This document shows, piece after piece, positions 40,830 to 55,744 of a stretch of 64,000 nt of DNA. Source of the DNA: Octopus vulgaris (Eukaryota); contig OX597817.1 of assembly GCA_951406725.2 (NCBI GenBank), positions 72,044,001-72,108,000 of the forward strand. The letters run 5' to 3'. The translations under genes were made by a program, and so were the position numbers. Within the stretch, counting starts at the first letter, position 1. Every line of letters begins with the position of its first letter. The notes under the pieces were generated by a model. The model made no database searches, had not been told where the DNA came from, and worked only from the letters and a program-made list of their open reading frames with translations.

Positions 40830-41152
40830 TGAAGGCAGTAATTAAATCTCTGGATATACAAGATTACGAGGCACAGTTCACCAAACTCCTCAGGGATGTG
40901 AACTCTGGTTGCACAACTAATGTAGCTCAGTTATCACCACATGTAAGGGTTCAAGAGGGAAGTGCGTTCTACACGGTATCTTTAGAAATGATCATCAGAG
41001 ACATTTGGACAGCTGGCATTATCATCAACGGCAAGCTATTATTACACCGACGTGCATTTGACATCGTACCTATAGCCAAAATTATATATCAGCTGTGGAC
41101 CATGCTGACAGCGCTGCACAACCATAGATGTATATAGGTCTTAAAATTAACC
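40830..41152 (+). mobile_element. RTE-clade LINE RT fragment
   Basis: SLEMIIR...GIIINGKLLLHRRAFDIVPIA (decayed HLRFADDIVL)...GLKIN. Confidence 0.75.
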
Positions 41153-41289
41153 ACACACATACACACACACACTCACACAAACACATACACACATGCATAC
41201 ATAAATATACTCATACATACACACACACATACATCTATACAGATACTTCAGAAATGCAACTACAGGTGGGTCGTTGGTAATTTCTTTTT

Positions 41290-41452
41290 CTTTGGCCTTT
41301 TCTCCTTTTTCTTCCAACGAAGAGGTATGCTCGAGACGTTAAACTCTCTCCTTTCACCGAGCGTCAAGCTAATACACTTCTTGCGCACGTCCGCACGTTC
41401 GTCGTTTTTCTTTTTTTTTCGTTTTTTATTCGTTTATTCGAATTGATTATAT
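41290..41452 (+). mobile_element. Diverged family H1 copy
   Basis: CCAACGA-A-GAG(gtatg)CTC-GAGA-CGTT-AAAC followed by the same pyrimidine-rich tail. Confidence 0.6.
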
Positions 41453-41794
41453 ATACAACCATACATCCATACATATATATATAGAATAATATAATACATC
41501 TAATATTATTAATAATAATTGATTATTGTGTATGCTTATAAATGTAAATATGTATGTACATTTAAGTGTATATATAAATATGCAGTGTATGCCAGTAGGT
41601 TTAGAAATACAACGAAGGCCTCAAAAGACATTTTAAGATCCACAAAGAGCACAATTTATCTGCAGGTCTTGGTGGTCCAAATGAGAGGTGCAATCTATGT
41701 GGGTGTCTTTTCAGAATATTGTCTAGTTTAAAAAAGCCACATCAGATGCCATGATGGTGCTAAGGTGGTGGTCAAACACTGCATACAACCACCT

Positions 41795-41855
<61 letters not shown>

Positions 41856-41880
41856 GCATACATGAATATATATATGTATG

Positions 41881-41925
<45 letters not shown>

Positions 41926-41945
41926 CATACATACATATGCATACA

Positions 41946-42001
<56 letters not shown>

Positions 42002-42334
42002 TGTATGCATGTATGTATAAGATTAGAGTTTCACTGCATGTGTATATCTCATTCATTCAAATGCACATGTATGCGCTGTACACTTGGTTATCTTTGTATA
42101 TTATAAGAAAGATTCTGGGTAGTTTATTATTGCACACAAAACCAGTTAGTCACACTTTGGTAGCAGTTACATTCTAGAGTGTTTTTTCGTGCTACATCTT
42201 TCTACTTATGTAGTAATTACGAAATTTCTTGAAGTAGATTTAATTGCTTTCAATCATTTCTCTACGTTAGTTATTCCATCATGTCACGTAAACCTAAAAT
42301 GTTCAATATCACTTGATACCGAAGTAAATATTAT

Positions 42335-43625
42335 AAGATGAGAAGAGGAGAGAGAAGAGAAAAGCGTTACTGTGAAATCATTAGTACTTGCACTGTAAAA
42401 TAAAAAGAAAAACAATAGTGAAACAATCTGACAAGATGTAGTTCCCATACGAAGTTCAAGAGAGCGTAACACCGCTTAACTGCCACACACAAGGAGTAAA
42501 AAGGGAAAATATTAAGAAACTGTTAAGTATTTAGATGGTTGATATGTCAGTCGCCACACTTCTAAACTAGTATTTAGTAAAATGCATAAAGATATTCAAC
42601 TGATAAAAAAAAAGAAGCAAAATAAATCGTTCTAATAGTTGTTGCTATTCACAAAGAAAGACTTTAGTAATCTCCAAATATTCGGATAACAGACAAGTCG
42701 GTTCATGCTGATATCTGAGTTGCCTCAGCATTTTCAACAGTTAAAGTGTTTTATAGAACTGTAGCTCGAAAGTGTTACTTTTCTTAATTTAATCTGAAAT
42801 GAGAAAAATGTTAGCAGGATATCAAATGGCAAAATATCGTCTCTTATAATTAAAGAGGAACAATGTTAGAGATTATCATTCTGATATTCCAAGAGAAATG
42901 AAAGGAGTCCAGGAATTTAGTGTTTCTGTTACGTGGAAACCTAACAGAAAAATTTGGGTTACACGATTTTTTAATATTCAGAACAATTCTCTAAACATTT
43001 CTAAGTATAATAACGAACTCAAGGCAGTTCTGTAAGACAATGCCTTTCGCCATATTTCAAATCATGATTTACTCCAAACGTGTGTTCCTGGAGAAAACAT
43101 TTTCATACAATCAAAACTAAATTGATATTATAGTCTAAGGTTTGGTGATATACTTAAGATTTTATGGAACTTAGTAATTCCAATGCATCTTTGAAGGTGT
43201 ACTATTTTAGGTATCATTTAATCACAGTAATTACAGCATGTCGAAAAATTCTAAAGAATTCTAAAAAGTATTAAAGAGGTTTTTAATATTTCACTGCGGT
43301 TTGGGAAAAAATAATGTCCAAATTTAATTAAAGAAGACTACAAAAGTTTGCTATTGAGAAAGTTTTCTGCAAACGGTGCAGAAAGTGGAATTTGAAGATG
43401 TCAAGGTAGAAGAGATTCTTTCACAACTCGTTTTAACAACAGAAAATTTACCTGAAATCATTAGTGAAATAACACGTGGATTTCAGAAAAAAATCCAAAA
43501 CTTTGAAGTAACCATGTAAGTTAAAAATCCTGTAATGATAATGTTAAATTGTTATACGGAAGTATTAGAAGCTTGTAAGAACCCAAAGCAGTTAACCGTT
43601 GATGCTTTTTTACAAAAATAAAAAT
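42335..43625 (+). mobile_element. Tigger/pogo-like transposase remnant
   Basis: YHSDIPREMKG...VSVTWKPNRKIWVT (compare YHSENPRALK...LPV.W..N.KAWVT) and the C-terminus KQLTVDAFLQK*. Confidence 0.7.
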
Positions 43626-44549
43626 TCTTACACAGCCATTGTATCATATTTGCTTTTCCTAATTTCGAATTTTATATTTGTTGACTAAACTAAAGAAATT
43701 GCACATTTATTCGAATTACATAAGATATAATTTATAGAATATTTTCAATATGCGTAAAAACGTTATAGGCCTCCTGTATTTTCAGTAGCTTTATTTTTTT
43801 CAATAATTAAAACTTATTTGCCGAACAATTGGATCATAACGGAAGTGGAGTATGTTCGTTTCATTAACTGAGCTAGCAGTATATGTAGATAATATATGTG
43901 TGTGTGTGCGTGCGTTTAAGTATATGTCTATGATATACTTTTATAAATCGCCTACGGCTCTTAAGTTTTCCTATTATCTTGTTTTCTACATTTGCCAATG
44001 CTTTTATATATTTTATACATTTGATTTTTTGAAAGAGTATTGTTAATCTATATTTCCTTGATGCTCAATCTTATATCCTTAAAATCTCTGGTATACATAT
44101 TATTCACGAGCTCTATACCATTATAACCTATGGCAATGTATTATCCTTCTCCTAAATATATTTTCGATTATTTTCTAGAAATTTTCTTTAAACCACAATT
44201 ATTTATACATGCTTTTCTTTTTTAACACCTCTCATACGTTATCAGATAACTATATGCATAACACTATAAAAATTAATCAAAACAAATACTCGAATTTTTT
44301 GCGATGATCTTTCTTTCGTCCCTCATACTCACTTTATTTCTTACCAAAAATAGCATCCGCCATATTTTTTCATACACCTGCATAGTTTTGGATTCGAATA
44401 TGGAAGTTAAATTTTGTAATCTACTTTGGGTACTAAAATCTTAGACTTGTCTATTGCATCTTCTTAACTATTCACACATATATGTATTCTCGTATTAACC
44501 TTTGCGGTAGGCCTTTTATACCATTAAATACAAATTATCTTTTCCGTTA

Positions 44550-44753
44550 AAGACACAAGCTTTGAAATTTGGTGGAAGAGTTCTTGTCGATTACATCGAC
44601 CTCTAGTGTGCAACCGGTACTTATTTATCGACACCGAAAGGAAAATAGGTAAAATCGACCTTCAAGGATTTTAAACTCAGAACGTAAAGATAGACAAAAC
44701 ATCGCTACGCATTTTCAAAAGGCATGCTAACGATTTTGCCAGCTCGCCACCTT
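44550..44753 (-). mobile_element. SINE family B copy
   Basis: Ends GCTAACGATTTTGCCAGCTCGCCACCTT; contains GTCGATTACATCGACC. Confidence 0.85.
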
Positions 44754-45707
44754 TCACTAAAAATAAATTAAGCCAGTATATATATTCGTTTTAGCTATCC
44801 TAACACCAAGTAATTTACCCTAATTCTTTGAATGGTAATATTTATTTTCAACGTATAATTGTCGGCATAAAACACCGTAATTCTTCAACTTTTAACTGGC
44901 AGTATCCAATAATTCTCTCCACCGGCTTTAATTTTGTCGAGTTTCATAACTCTACACATTGCCAAATTTTCGGTTTATTTTAACATAAAGGTTATTTCCC
45001 ACATTTCTTTTAATATTCAGTTACATTTATCACTTCCAGCTTTCGATATATACCGCAATAGTTATTCACAAACTATTTCTTTTAACTTACATTCAACATA
45101 TTTTTTTAATACATCTTCTGAAGTTTGTATGGTTCTGTAAATTTCTAATGCTCTTTTATATTATGACTGTTAAAATCAAACTCGACTCCCAGTTTAGTAC
45201 CGTCATTAATTTATATATTTAATCTAATACATTTTCACATGCCTAACTATTCGACTTAACATATATACATAATTGCACCATTAAGGCTATTTAAGCTTCT
45301 TTAATTTATTTTATTAGACAGTTCTGATCATTTTCAGCATATTTATTGCTTTTATTGGATTTTGTTTCATGCTTTCTTTCATTCCCATCAGATTAAAGGT
45401 AACTAACAATATATATCCTTTCAATTTGCTCATCACACTTTGATTATGTGATTTTTACTTTCCAATATCTGCATTCGAAATTTTCATATGATATGAATTT
45501 CATCTTATATCACTTTTAATTCTCTTATTTGTATACATTACGTTTACCGACACTTCTAAGTCATGCTATTACATTAAATACCAATATATATATATATATA
45601 TATATATATACGTGTGTGGAAACATCTTAGTATGATTTTTATGCACTCAGAAACACATATATATGTATATTTTCTGACTCTTACACTCATGTTCGCACAC
45701 AAACATA

Positions 45708-45760
<53 letters not shown>

Positions 45761-45873
45761 TACATATATATATACATATATATATACATATATATGCATA
45801 TATATGCACATATATATATATATGTATATACATATATATACATACACATATATACATATATATGCATATATAT

Positions 45874-45914
<41 letters not shown>

Positions 45915-46134
45915 TTTCTAAAATCTACAATATCAATAGATTTTCCCAAAACTTTTAATTTATTCAGCTATAGCTCTCTGTCACAAACTTTCTTCAAACA
46001 AGTTCGAATTTTTCCCATATGTATAGTTACTGATAATAATTTTTTTAATAGTTCTTGAGCTACTAGTCATTATCAGCTTTGTAGCATTTCATATAGCGTT
46101 TCATATTTATTGGTTTCATTTGTCCATTGCACTT

Positions 46135-46350
46135 AAAGGCAGCGAGCAGACAAAATCGTTACTGCTTCGGATTAAATACCTTTCAGTATTTCTTCAAGAC
46201 ATTTTACGTTCAGAGTTCAAATGTTGAAGTCACCTTATTCTGTTCTCCGCCTACGGAGATGATAAAATAAAGTACCAGCAAAGTACTGGTTTCAATTGTA
46301 TCAGCTAATCCCCTCCCTTCAAAAATCGCTGAATTTGTTTCTAAACGAGA
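46135..46350 (+). mobile_element. SINE family B copy, degenerate
   Basis: AAAGGCAGCGAGC...GAGTTCAAAT...GATAAAATAAAGTACCAG. Confidence 0.7.
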
Positions 46351-47253
46351 CAATGAATTGTTTAACATGTCAACATCTAGATCTCTCGCTTCTTTTATCT
46401 ACTCTCTATAACTTTGTGTCCATCATTTTCACATCAAGTATACTTAGATTTGCGCATAATATTATTGATGCAATGATGCTGCCGTACTTGGATTCTCTTT
46501 TACTGCCTGTTATCATATATTGAGTTCAAACCTATTCTAGATTTTCTATTTAGCAAGTCTCTCATATAAAATGTGGTTGCATGAAAAACGGAAATTAATG
46601 ATCTAAACAATGCTTCTTAGTTTGATTCAAATTTTCCGTTTCTCTGGCGACCACTCTGTATATTCCCTTTTGGAGTAGTCTATAACACTTATTTTAATTC
46701 GAGCCACTTTCAATTTTTATCTATTTATTCATAAAGGGTGTTGCAATTGTATTAGAGTTTGATGAACTAGCATTGACAAACCTTCAAAACCAGTATGAAG
46801 TGTTTTAACAAAATTTTAGCTTTACATATTGAGTTCATCGTTCAGTTAAAGTTTTTTTTAGCTTTTATATAATTGAATTACGCACATATAGTCATGTGTG
46901 TGTATGTATGTGTATTTATATACACGAGAGAACATACGGGCAACAAAGGTGAAAATAACACTCGAATAGCAAAGGTCTAAAATTGTGCTTTACTGGAGAA
47001 CTAACAAACCGTTTCTCAGATTTTCACATAACGATGATCAGTCCTTGTACAGTTTGATGATCGGTTACGTGAAACTCTGAGTAATAGCTTGTTAATAGTC
47101 TGCGAAGTGTTTTCAGCTTCAGTAAAACTCTCTATATATAGATATATACATACATATATATTCAGAATTTGACTGAATCAGGTACTTAAACAGTAAAGCC
47201 GGCTCATAATGTTGATTCTTGGAATTTTCTTTCTTAAATGATTAATTCATAAA

Positions 47254-47336
47254 TATTCACCTGATGAAAACAATATTTTGCATGATGTGAGAACTCTATT
47301 CATAAAAGAAATCGTTTGAAACAGCTGTAGTGAATA
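47254..47336 (+). ncRNA. Type-I hammerhead ribozyme motif with intact core and long stem II
   Basis: UAUUCAC-CUGAUGA-(A)AAAC...GUUU-GAAA-CAGCU-GUA-GUGAAUA; 7-bp perfect stem I and palindromic stem III ACAGCUGU. Confidence 0.7.
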
Positions 47337-47546
47337 GACAAATATACACCTGTTGTCATTTGTTTACGTGTGTGTGTGTATGCATGTATATGTAAACGTA
47401 TTTGTGTATATTATTCTTAAACAAGAATAATGTGCATAAATACATAAAGCCTTCGTTGAACTGTAGTATAGAGTAACCCATTAGGTTAATGTAAAATTGC
47501 TTATGATTGACAGTAAAACATTTATGTATGTCTATGTATACATACC

Positions 47547-47600
<54 letters not shown>

Positions 47601-47756
47601 TGTATCCAAGTATATGAACATGCATATGTGTATACATACATCTACAGAGAGAAGGAAAGAAGGAGAAAGAGAGAATCCACTTCATTTATGAAGGCATATA
47701 CCCCCAGATATGCAGTATATGAAACATTAACACACAAAGATACACACCCAAACATC

Positions 47757-47827
<71 letters not shown>

Positions 47828-48417
47828 ACATATACATTATATTAAATATTATAGATTGGTGTTAGTGTGCATATGTATAGATATATTTATAAACACATAC
47901 ATCTGTTTATATATACTTATATATGTATATGTTTATAAATATATATGTATGTATGTTTGTATGTGTACATGCTAGAATTTTCATATGTGTATCATGTATG
48001 TATGTTTATGATAATGTATTGTAGCTGCTCTGATAGTTGACGCTTCTCAACTGTAACATTCTTTCATAATCTGACATTAAAAGTAAAAGTGTTTTCATCT
48101 CACAAATCACAACTTCAGTTGAAAAGACGATGATAGGGAGTGGACTTCAAAGTGTAATCAACAATCGTCACTTACACGGGAGACATAACCGATAAGAGGT
48201 TATGGTTCAAATGTTACCGAGTTCTTTCTCATTGTGCCTCGCCATGGTTAAGTTTATCTTCTATTATCTGAAGTCGAACCAAACCTTGTCAGTAAAAGTG
48301 CTGTGAGAGTTGGTATATACTTGACGGCTCATATACTTTACACCTTTTGGCAGACACGAAAAACCTGTTACAGGGGGAATGTTAATGCCCTTCCTCTGAT
48401 TAATATATATATATATA

Positions 48418-48931
48418 TAATAAAATACTAAATGGGACAAGAACGCAAAACATCCGGACAACTAGGTGATACAAAAAGAGACAAAACATCCAGATAGACG
48501 ATACAAAAAAAAAACACGGACGGGTCATTCGAAACCGTTTATCTTCAGTCAAGAACCGGATCATCCTCGCAATTTCGGCTGATTAATCTTGAAATTGCTC
48601 CAATCTGGCCAGCCCCAAGGAAAAACTAAGCTAAGAGCATTAGATTCCTTGGGAAAAAAGCATCGAATATATACAAAACAAGGACAGAAAAACAGACGAT
48701 GTTACACGAATATGAATACAAAAATACAATAAAAAAACAACAATAATAATAATAACAGGACATAACAACAGGCGTCTTTCGACTGGGGACGAATTGAATT
48801 GAGCTGGCGTGTGTGCAAATGAAGCCTTACAGCAGAGGAAAGAATATCGGTGTGGCAGTGACCGTGGTCAGACGCAAAAGGGCTAGCAGTCGGCCAACGG
48901 TCACCTGGGAAGAGAAGAGAGAGAAAAAGAG

Positions 48932-48935
<4 letters not shown>
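48418..48935. mobile_element. Unclassified interspersed element inserted in (TA)n
   Basis: Complex ~520-bp block with a purine-rich strand, bounded by (TA)n on both sides. Confidence 0.5.
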
Positions 48936-48993
<58 letters not shown>

Positions 48994-50075
48994 TCCACTT
49001 CTGCGTTCAAATCTCGCTGCATTTGATATTTATGAATTATAGCATGTAACATGGGTAGGGCCTCCGTTGGTCAATGTCAACCAGATTTTAACACTTGTAT
49101 GTGATAGCCTAAGCAAGATTTCTTTTGTTTTTGGAATATTAGCAGCTGTCCATTTACTCAAGTCTCACATCTGCACAACAACAATGTCGAAACTTAGGCA
49201 ACCACAGCTTGGCACCAGTGCCGTTGCATGTGTTGCTGATAAAATGCAAACTTCCGGAAGAGATACAGCAAAGAACCTACCCAACCTACTAAGTGTTACA
49301 CCAATCCATCGCCCAAGATCGGTGCTTTATTATCGACGCCGAATAGATGAAAAGTAGGGATAACCTCAGCGGGATTTTAATTTAGTGCTACCGTGCAAGC
49401 CAATGCAGTTCTCTAGTGATCCTAGCAATTCACGGCATCAGAAGCAGAAGGGAATCACAGAACTCGATCTTTGGCCACGCACCAATACTGATAATAGTTG
49501 GTAAACATAACCACATGGTAGATTGTGTAAACTAAGAAATGACCGAGAACATTAAAAAAACAAAACTGTTAAAAAAATAATAATAAATAAGGAAAAATAT
49601 AACAAATGAAATAAAAATAACGTTTGAACGTATTTTTATCTATTGCCCCCAGCAGTTCACCTCAACAGGCTATCATGTGAACTGAATGGAGATAAAACGA
49701 AGTTAATATTCACATAGATATCCCACACGCATATACATATATCCATCTAGTGCACACATACGCATGCGCAGTTACACATGTACACAAACAAGTAAACACA
49801 CGTATATGTGCGCTGAACACGAACGTAATTGTGTACAGAGTTGCACAAATTCTTGGGTGTATATAGACACGTATTTTGATTAAGTATTGTGCGTGCAGAA
49901 TATGAACTACGGAAATTATATTTGCTTAAACAATAATTTATCAGTATATTTAAATGTATATATATGTGCGCTTGAGGATCTTTCTATGTATCTATGTACC
50001 TATCTATCTATTTAATTCTATAAGTCCAACCCATGTCAGCATGGAAAACGGGCGTTAAATGATGATATGCGTGTG

Positions 50076-50112
<37 letters not shown>

Positions 50113-50181
50113 GGAGAGGGGGGTGATGTACTTGCATAGCGAGTGACTTGATCTGAGATCGTGTGCTGGAACGAAAACAGT

Positions 50182-50296
50182 TGCTGCGTGGAAGGTATTT
50201 ATAAGTCATTTAGACAAATTAAATTTAAATGTTGAAGTGAATCTAACGGTTTTTGTGTATTTCTTAAATGGCTTATAAACACCTTCCACGCAGCAA
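50182..50296. repeat. Short inverted repeat with ~32-bp arms
   Basis: TTGCTGCGTGGAAGGTATTTATAAGTCATTTA / TAAATGGCTTATAAACACCTTCCACGCAGCAA. Confidence 0.9.
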
Positions 50297-50297
50297 T

Positions 50298-50343
<46 letters not shown>

Positions 50344-50358
50344 ATATATATTATATAT

Positions 50359-50457
<99 letters not shown>

Positions 50458-50459
50458 TA

Positions 50460-51046
50460 CGAGGGTAAATGAAATGTTATGGCACTTTTGCCATAACATT
50501 TTTTTCAAAGGTTCATATTTCTTTCTGGCTTTACAATGTAAATATATCTGCTCCACTAGCAATGTTCACGAAAGAAGAAACGAGAACAGTGATCCGAGAG
50601 ATGGTAATGGTAAAACGGTTTACCATTGCCATCTATCAACCTTGCTGAATCTTCTCGTCAGTGGTGGAAGTTGACGGACGTCCTACTCCCTCTTCATTAG
50701 TCACGCTTGTCCTGTCACTTTTAAACTTCTTGACCTACTTATACACACTTCTACGCTGTAGTGCACTGTCCCCGTACTGTGCTAAAAGCCTCCGATGAAT
50801 TTTAGCACTTGACAACCTCCGATCAGAGAAATCGGATTACTGCTCTTTGTTCTTCTTTGGTGCACATTGCTAGTGGAACGCCTATGCTTATACTGTAAAG
50901 CCAGAAAGAAAAATGGCGCAACCAGGCTCAAACGTCGATCACGTGACCCTAATAGCACCAACTATAAGTACTATGCACAGAAGGCAGTGTGACAATAATA
51001 AAGATATGTTATGGCGAATGTGCGGATAATTTCTGACTTCTCCACG
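50460..51046 (-). mobile_element. Internally deleted mariner transposon
   Basis: TA-flanked imperfect TIRs (sharing GCCATAACA / TGTTATGGC); minus-strand peptides CTKEEQRAVIRFL, IHRRLLAQYGDSAL and GRPSTSTTDEKI are typical of the mariner N-terminal HTH region. Confidence 0.88.
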
Positions 51047-51048
51047 TA

Positions 51049-51188
<140 letters not shown>

Positions 51189-51239
51189 TGTATGTATGTA
51201 TATGTATATAAACATATAATGTAACCACACGTGATTATT

Positions 51240-51435
51240 GGCGATTTTTTTCTCCTCTTTCGTCTCGGACATTCTTGTTTTTTCTGTTTCCGAAGAAAAG
51301 CTCTGCTCGAAACCTAAAACTACTACTCTTTTCCTTCTTTGAGAATCTCATCATTACATTTCCTGTGTCACGTCTAAACATTCATTTGTGTTTTTTCTGC
51401 TTTCTCTGTGTTTTTTTTTTTTTGATTGACTGTAT
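51240..51435 (+). mobile_element. Diverged family H1 copy
   Basis: GTTT-CCGAAGA-A-AAGC(tct)GCTC-GAAA-CCTA-AAAC at 51286-51320; ends at (TA)n. Confidence 0.65.
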
Positions 51436-52375
51436 ATATGTATATATATATATAGATGTTATAGTTACACAAACACGGACGCACGTACATATTAATATAG
51501 TTTTGTATGTATGTCAGTGTGTGTGTGTAATTGTGTATTGTAATATTTACATATTTTGTGTTATCTTTAATTGGCTTTTAGTTAATCGAAAAATGAGAAA
51601 GTAGAACGTTGCGAACTTTGTACCATCGTTTTTTAAATTCATTTTACTACTTCCCATACAGGAACATTTTCTTTTTGTTTTTGTTATTATTACTTATGGC
51701 GTTCAGTATTCGTGCAGCTGTTTTACTTGTGTAATTTTTAAAGCCTCGTATGTTTATATTTCTGTTGGGCAACCTGTGAATTGAAGGATTGTATATTCTA
51801 CACTGTTCATAACATTCTGAAGATGTTATATCGTAAGAGAAAAATTGGGGTCTGAGTCATACGAAAATAAAGCTTATGCATTATCAGAAGCGTTTCTGAT
51901 TTATATAGGTAAAAAATTAAATGACGTGCGTTCACAGAAGACATGTTTACTGTGACGAAATGCCGTGTATTAAATGACGTGAAATCGAGCAATTGATAAG
52001 GTATTCCTCTTTGTGTGTTTATTCAATATACCAAAGTCAAGTACTTCACTTTTCAGTATATTCTAGGCGCAAATAAAGTTATGGCACTCTCTTCTGAGTT
52101 CTAGGGATTACAACTTAAGAGATTGGAGTTAGTTTACTAATGCTGCTTCAGGGAAAACATCTTGTTGTATTTTTACCGAAAACATTTTTATAGAAATATT
52201 GGGAAACACGAATTGCTAATATATACCTATACAGCTTTAGGCAAACGTTCTCTAATGCCAAATGTATTATTGGGTAATTAATAAAAAGGTTCTAATGGGG
52301 CGATCAACAGTTAATGTGTATTAAGTTTACAATATTTAATGCGTATTAAGGAAGGGTGTATTGAATAAACATAGC

Positions 52376-52610
52376 CAAAGGCAGCGAGCTGACAGGATCG
52401 TTACCTCGCAGGACAGAGGTCGACTTTGACTATCATCTTTCCGGGATCGATAGAATCAGTGTCGCATAAGCACTTATTTTAATCAACAAGCACATCCTCA
52501 GAAAATTTCAGGTCTTGTACCTATAGTAGAAAGAATTAAAGGCGGTGAGCAGGCAGAGTTATTAGCACGCCGAACAAAATGCTTAACAGAATTTCAACCG
52601 TCTAGTTCTG
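52376..52610 (+). mobile_element. Two SINE family B fragments in tandem
   Basis: Heads AAAGGCAGCGAGCTGACAG (52377) and AAAGGCGGTGAGCAGGCAG (52538). Confidence 0.7.
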
Positions 52611-53940
52611 GAGCCTAAAATTGAGAGGGTTATTAAACATAAATGTAACAGGTGTAAGGTTTCTGGATTTGCACTTGGTACGTTGTTGTAGATTTTAGTT
52701 TAACTTTAAATGAAAACAAATTAAATAGACTGCTGGTGAAAAGCACCTGTTTACTCGTGAAATTTATTCTTTGTTTTTGACTGAATAAGAATCTTCGTTG
52801 AATATTTCGTTCCAATTTTGTTGAGTTAAATTATCACATTATTTCCTGACCAGCTAGATTTAGAGTCGAAGACTTGCTAGAATTTTTTTTATAAGCTATG
52901 GTGTTATTGCTTCAAGGATGCAGTCTGTGTTATATACACAGTTTAAAGCTTCCACGGGGAAACCCTCTCAGTCGTGACATACAACATTATGAGGAATACG
53001 AAAAGTTAGATAACTGCAATTTGTTAAACTCCCGACGAGTAAAAAAAGATTTGATTTTATAGCGTGCCGATACAATCATTTAGAACCAATTTTGTTTGAA
53101 GAAATCGGAAAATCAAACACGTTCTTCTGAGATTCTAAGATCATTCAGGTTTTGGTTGAGAAACTTCTAATTATCTGTCGAAATGCTTGAAATCTCATAA
53201 TTAACTATTAACATGTCTCCTGATAATATTGCAAATGTGTCAAGGAAATACATCAACTGTGAAGACTGTGTTGATTATGAATCAAGAAGAAATCCTTGAA
53301 AATTTTAATTATTGCCGATAACCTTTCCACAAAATTTACTGTAGGCGTAGAATATATAAAAAGATAAGGCAAAACCACGAACAGACTCGGTTAAACTACA
53401 CCCAAATACTATATTGGTTCTACACAAAAAATAACAACGCTAGTGTATTAATAATGCCTTAGGTTAAAATATGAACAACACCAGTCATACCTTATCCCTT
53501 AATCATCTCTCTAAAACATAACCCTATAGAGTTACATATTGAAGGATATTGGGATAATGCAATCTTTGATTGTAAGTTTTGCTCCAGCATGACAAACCTG
53601 CGGCTATGACAAATAGAACAACATCCAATATTCAAATTCAAGTCATATCACTCACAAAACAGCGAAAATAGCCAATGTTCTCCACAGATTCATAATACAT
53701 ATTCATAATTCTTTTTATGGAACAAAGATACTTTATTATTTCCCACCAAACACCTTGTGTGCCTTTAGCAGAGTCCACTCAGTTGCAAGCATTCTGACCA
53801 AGTCTACAGTTAAGAGCACCTTCCTCTCTCCCTCTCACAAGTCACAGACTTGCTGTGGAAACTCATTAGTGCTACAATCTCTCCTGTTTAAAAAGATTTA
53901 AAAAGAACAACAGTAAAACATGATCTAAAAATGCTGTAAA

Positions 53941-53990
53941 TAGCACAAGTTATGCTGCGTCACAATAGCACAAGTTATGCTGCGTCACAA
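53941..53990. repeat. Perfect 25-bp tandem duplication
   Basis: TAGCACAAGTTATGCTGCGTCACAA x2. Confidence 0.95.
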
Positions 53991-55744
53991 TATCTAGCTT
54001 GTAACAAGTATACAATTCTGCATTTAGTACTATATTCTTACAGATTCATTTATTAGACAATAACAACAGACATTAAGTCACCTGTGGTAAATTACAAGAA
54101 GGAACACAGTAGAAGTATCTATGTGGTCTTCAGAAATTGCAACCAAACTTCCATGAAATCCCACCTTACTGTTTTAAGAGAAGGAAGAACACATAGCATT
54201 GGACAATGTGGTCTTAGATACAGTCTTGTGTTCACAGCCGCCGCGCCTTTCCTTCATAAGTTTATCGATCAGAGCTGACTTAAATCTAAATAACAACAAA
54301 TAGCACATGATTTATGAGCTGAGAAATTAACTGTTCCATTGTGACTTCATACTTCTAGAAACACCGACCAAAATATTGCCCAAAATCACTGATTGCAGGT
54401 GTAAGAAAAAAAACTGTTATATAGGGGAATGTTATTGTAGATATGTGATTAAATTAAAAGGTAACTGCAACGGAAACATCTTTGATCAGTGTTGTACTGG
54501 AGTTAAACTATATCAACATTCTTATAATATATGAAGACATATTACTTTCAACCTCACCAACCAACCAACCAACCATCCCAAAACACCCATCAACTACTGC
54601 GTTAATTCTCTGCCAAGCAACCATAATTTGAAAAAACTTGAGTGCGCACATCACATCTTTGTAGAAAACTAATATAGCAAAAGAAAAGATCTAATACAAT
54701 AGCAACATATCTAAATTCTTTTTTTTTAATTTTTTTATCGTTCACAATCCACTTAAATAAGCCCAGATACCAAGCCGAGATAACTATAACACTTAGGAGT
54801 ACCACATGGTAAACATTTCCCAATTCTATCTCAGCGAATGTTTTTCATCATTTCAAAGCATTCACACATCAATAATCAAAATAAACATTTTCACAAACTT
54901 CAAAACCCTACCCTCGAAACTTCTCTTACATAAGAGATATTTAAGGTTCATCAAATTGGACTGTACCGTAATCTCCAATCCTGTTACTGCATAGCTTATA
55001 TTAGATAAAATAATTGTAGAAGCTTCCAGAAACGCATCCCACAAGGTAATATAAACAAACACAAATTCTAATTACACAACTGAAACAAGAAAAAAACTTA
55101 ATAAAAATGTTAAAGTATACAAAATACTTATTCAGAAATATCGCAAATAAAACTAAAAATCAAACAGTAAACGAAAAATTAACAATGTAAAGCGTCAAAA
55201 ATAAGAAAACTGGTAAATATTTGTATCCAACATAACCTCCAAGAAGCAGTAAAATGATATACAAATAAGTAGTTAATTAATTGGTAACTCTAACAAACTG
55301 TACTACAGTGCATCACCTGTGCTAACAATTCTAGATAATTAACCTTCACGCTAACAGCAAACTTGCTTTTCAAGCAGGTTTACGAATTCACTCACCAAAG
55401 CCCTTAGAAAGAAGACAGAAATCCATTGCATAACATAGATTGGCGCATGCTACTAAGAGCATAGCAAGAGTGCCTCCCTTCAAAAGATTTATAAGAACCA
55501 ATGAAGGAAACAGAAATTCAAAGTCTTTAAGACTAAGCGAAATCACAAACTTATATCTGAAACACATAGAGCTGAATTCATTCATTCGTATGTGTTTTAA
55601 ATTGTAAGTTTGTAATATATTCAATAACTCATATCATATGAGCCAACAATGGAACGTGTACGTGATCACTTGACCTACCAGAAACACTTGTTAAATTCCT
55701 CTTAATTCACACCCTACACCCTTAAAAAGAGTGGGCCAACACCA

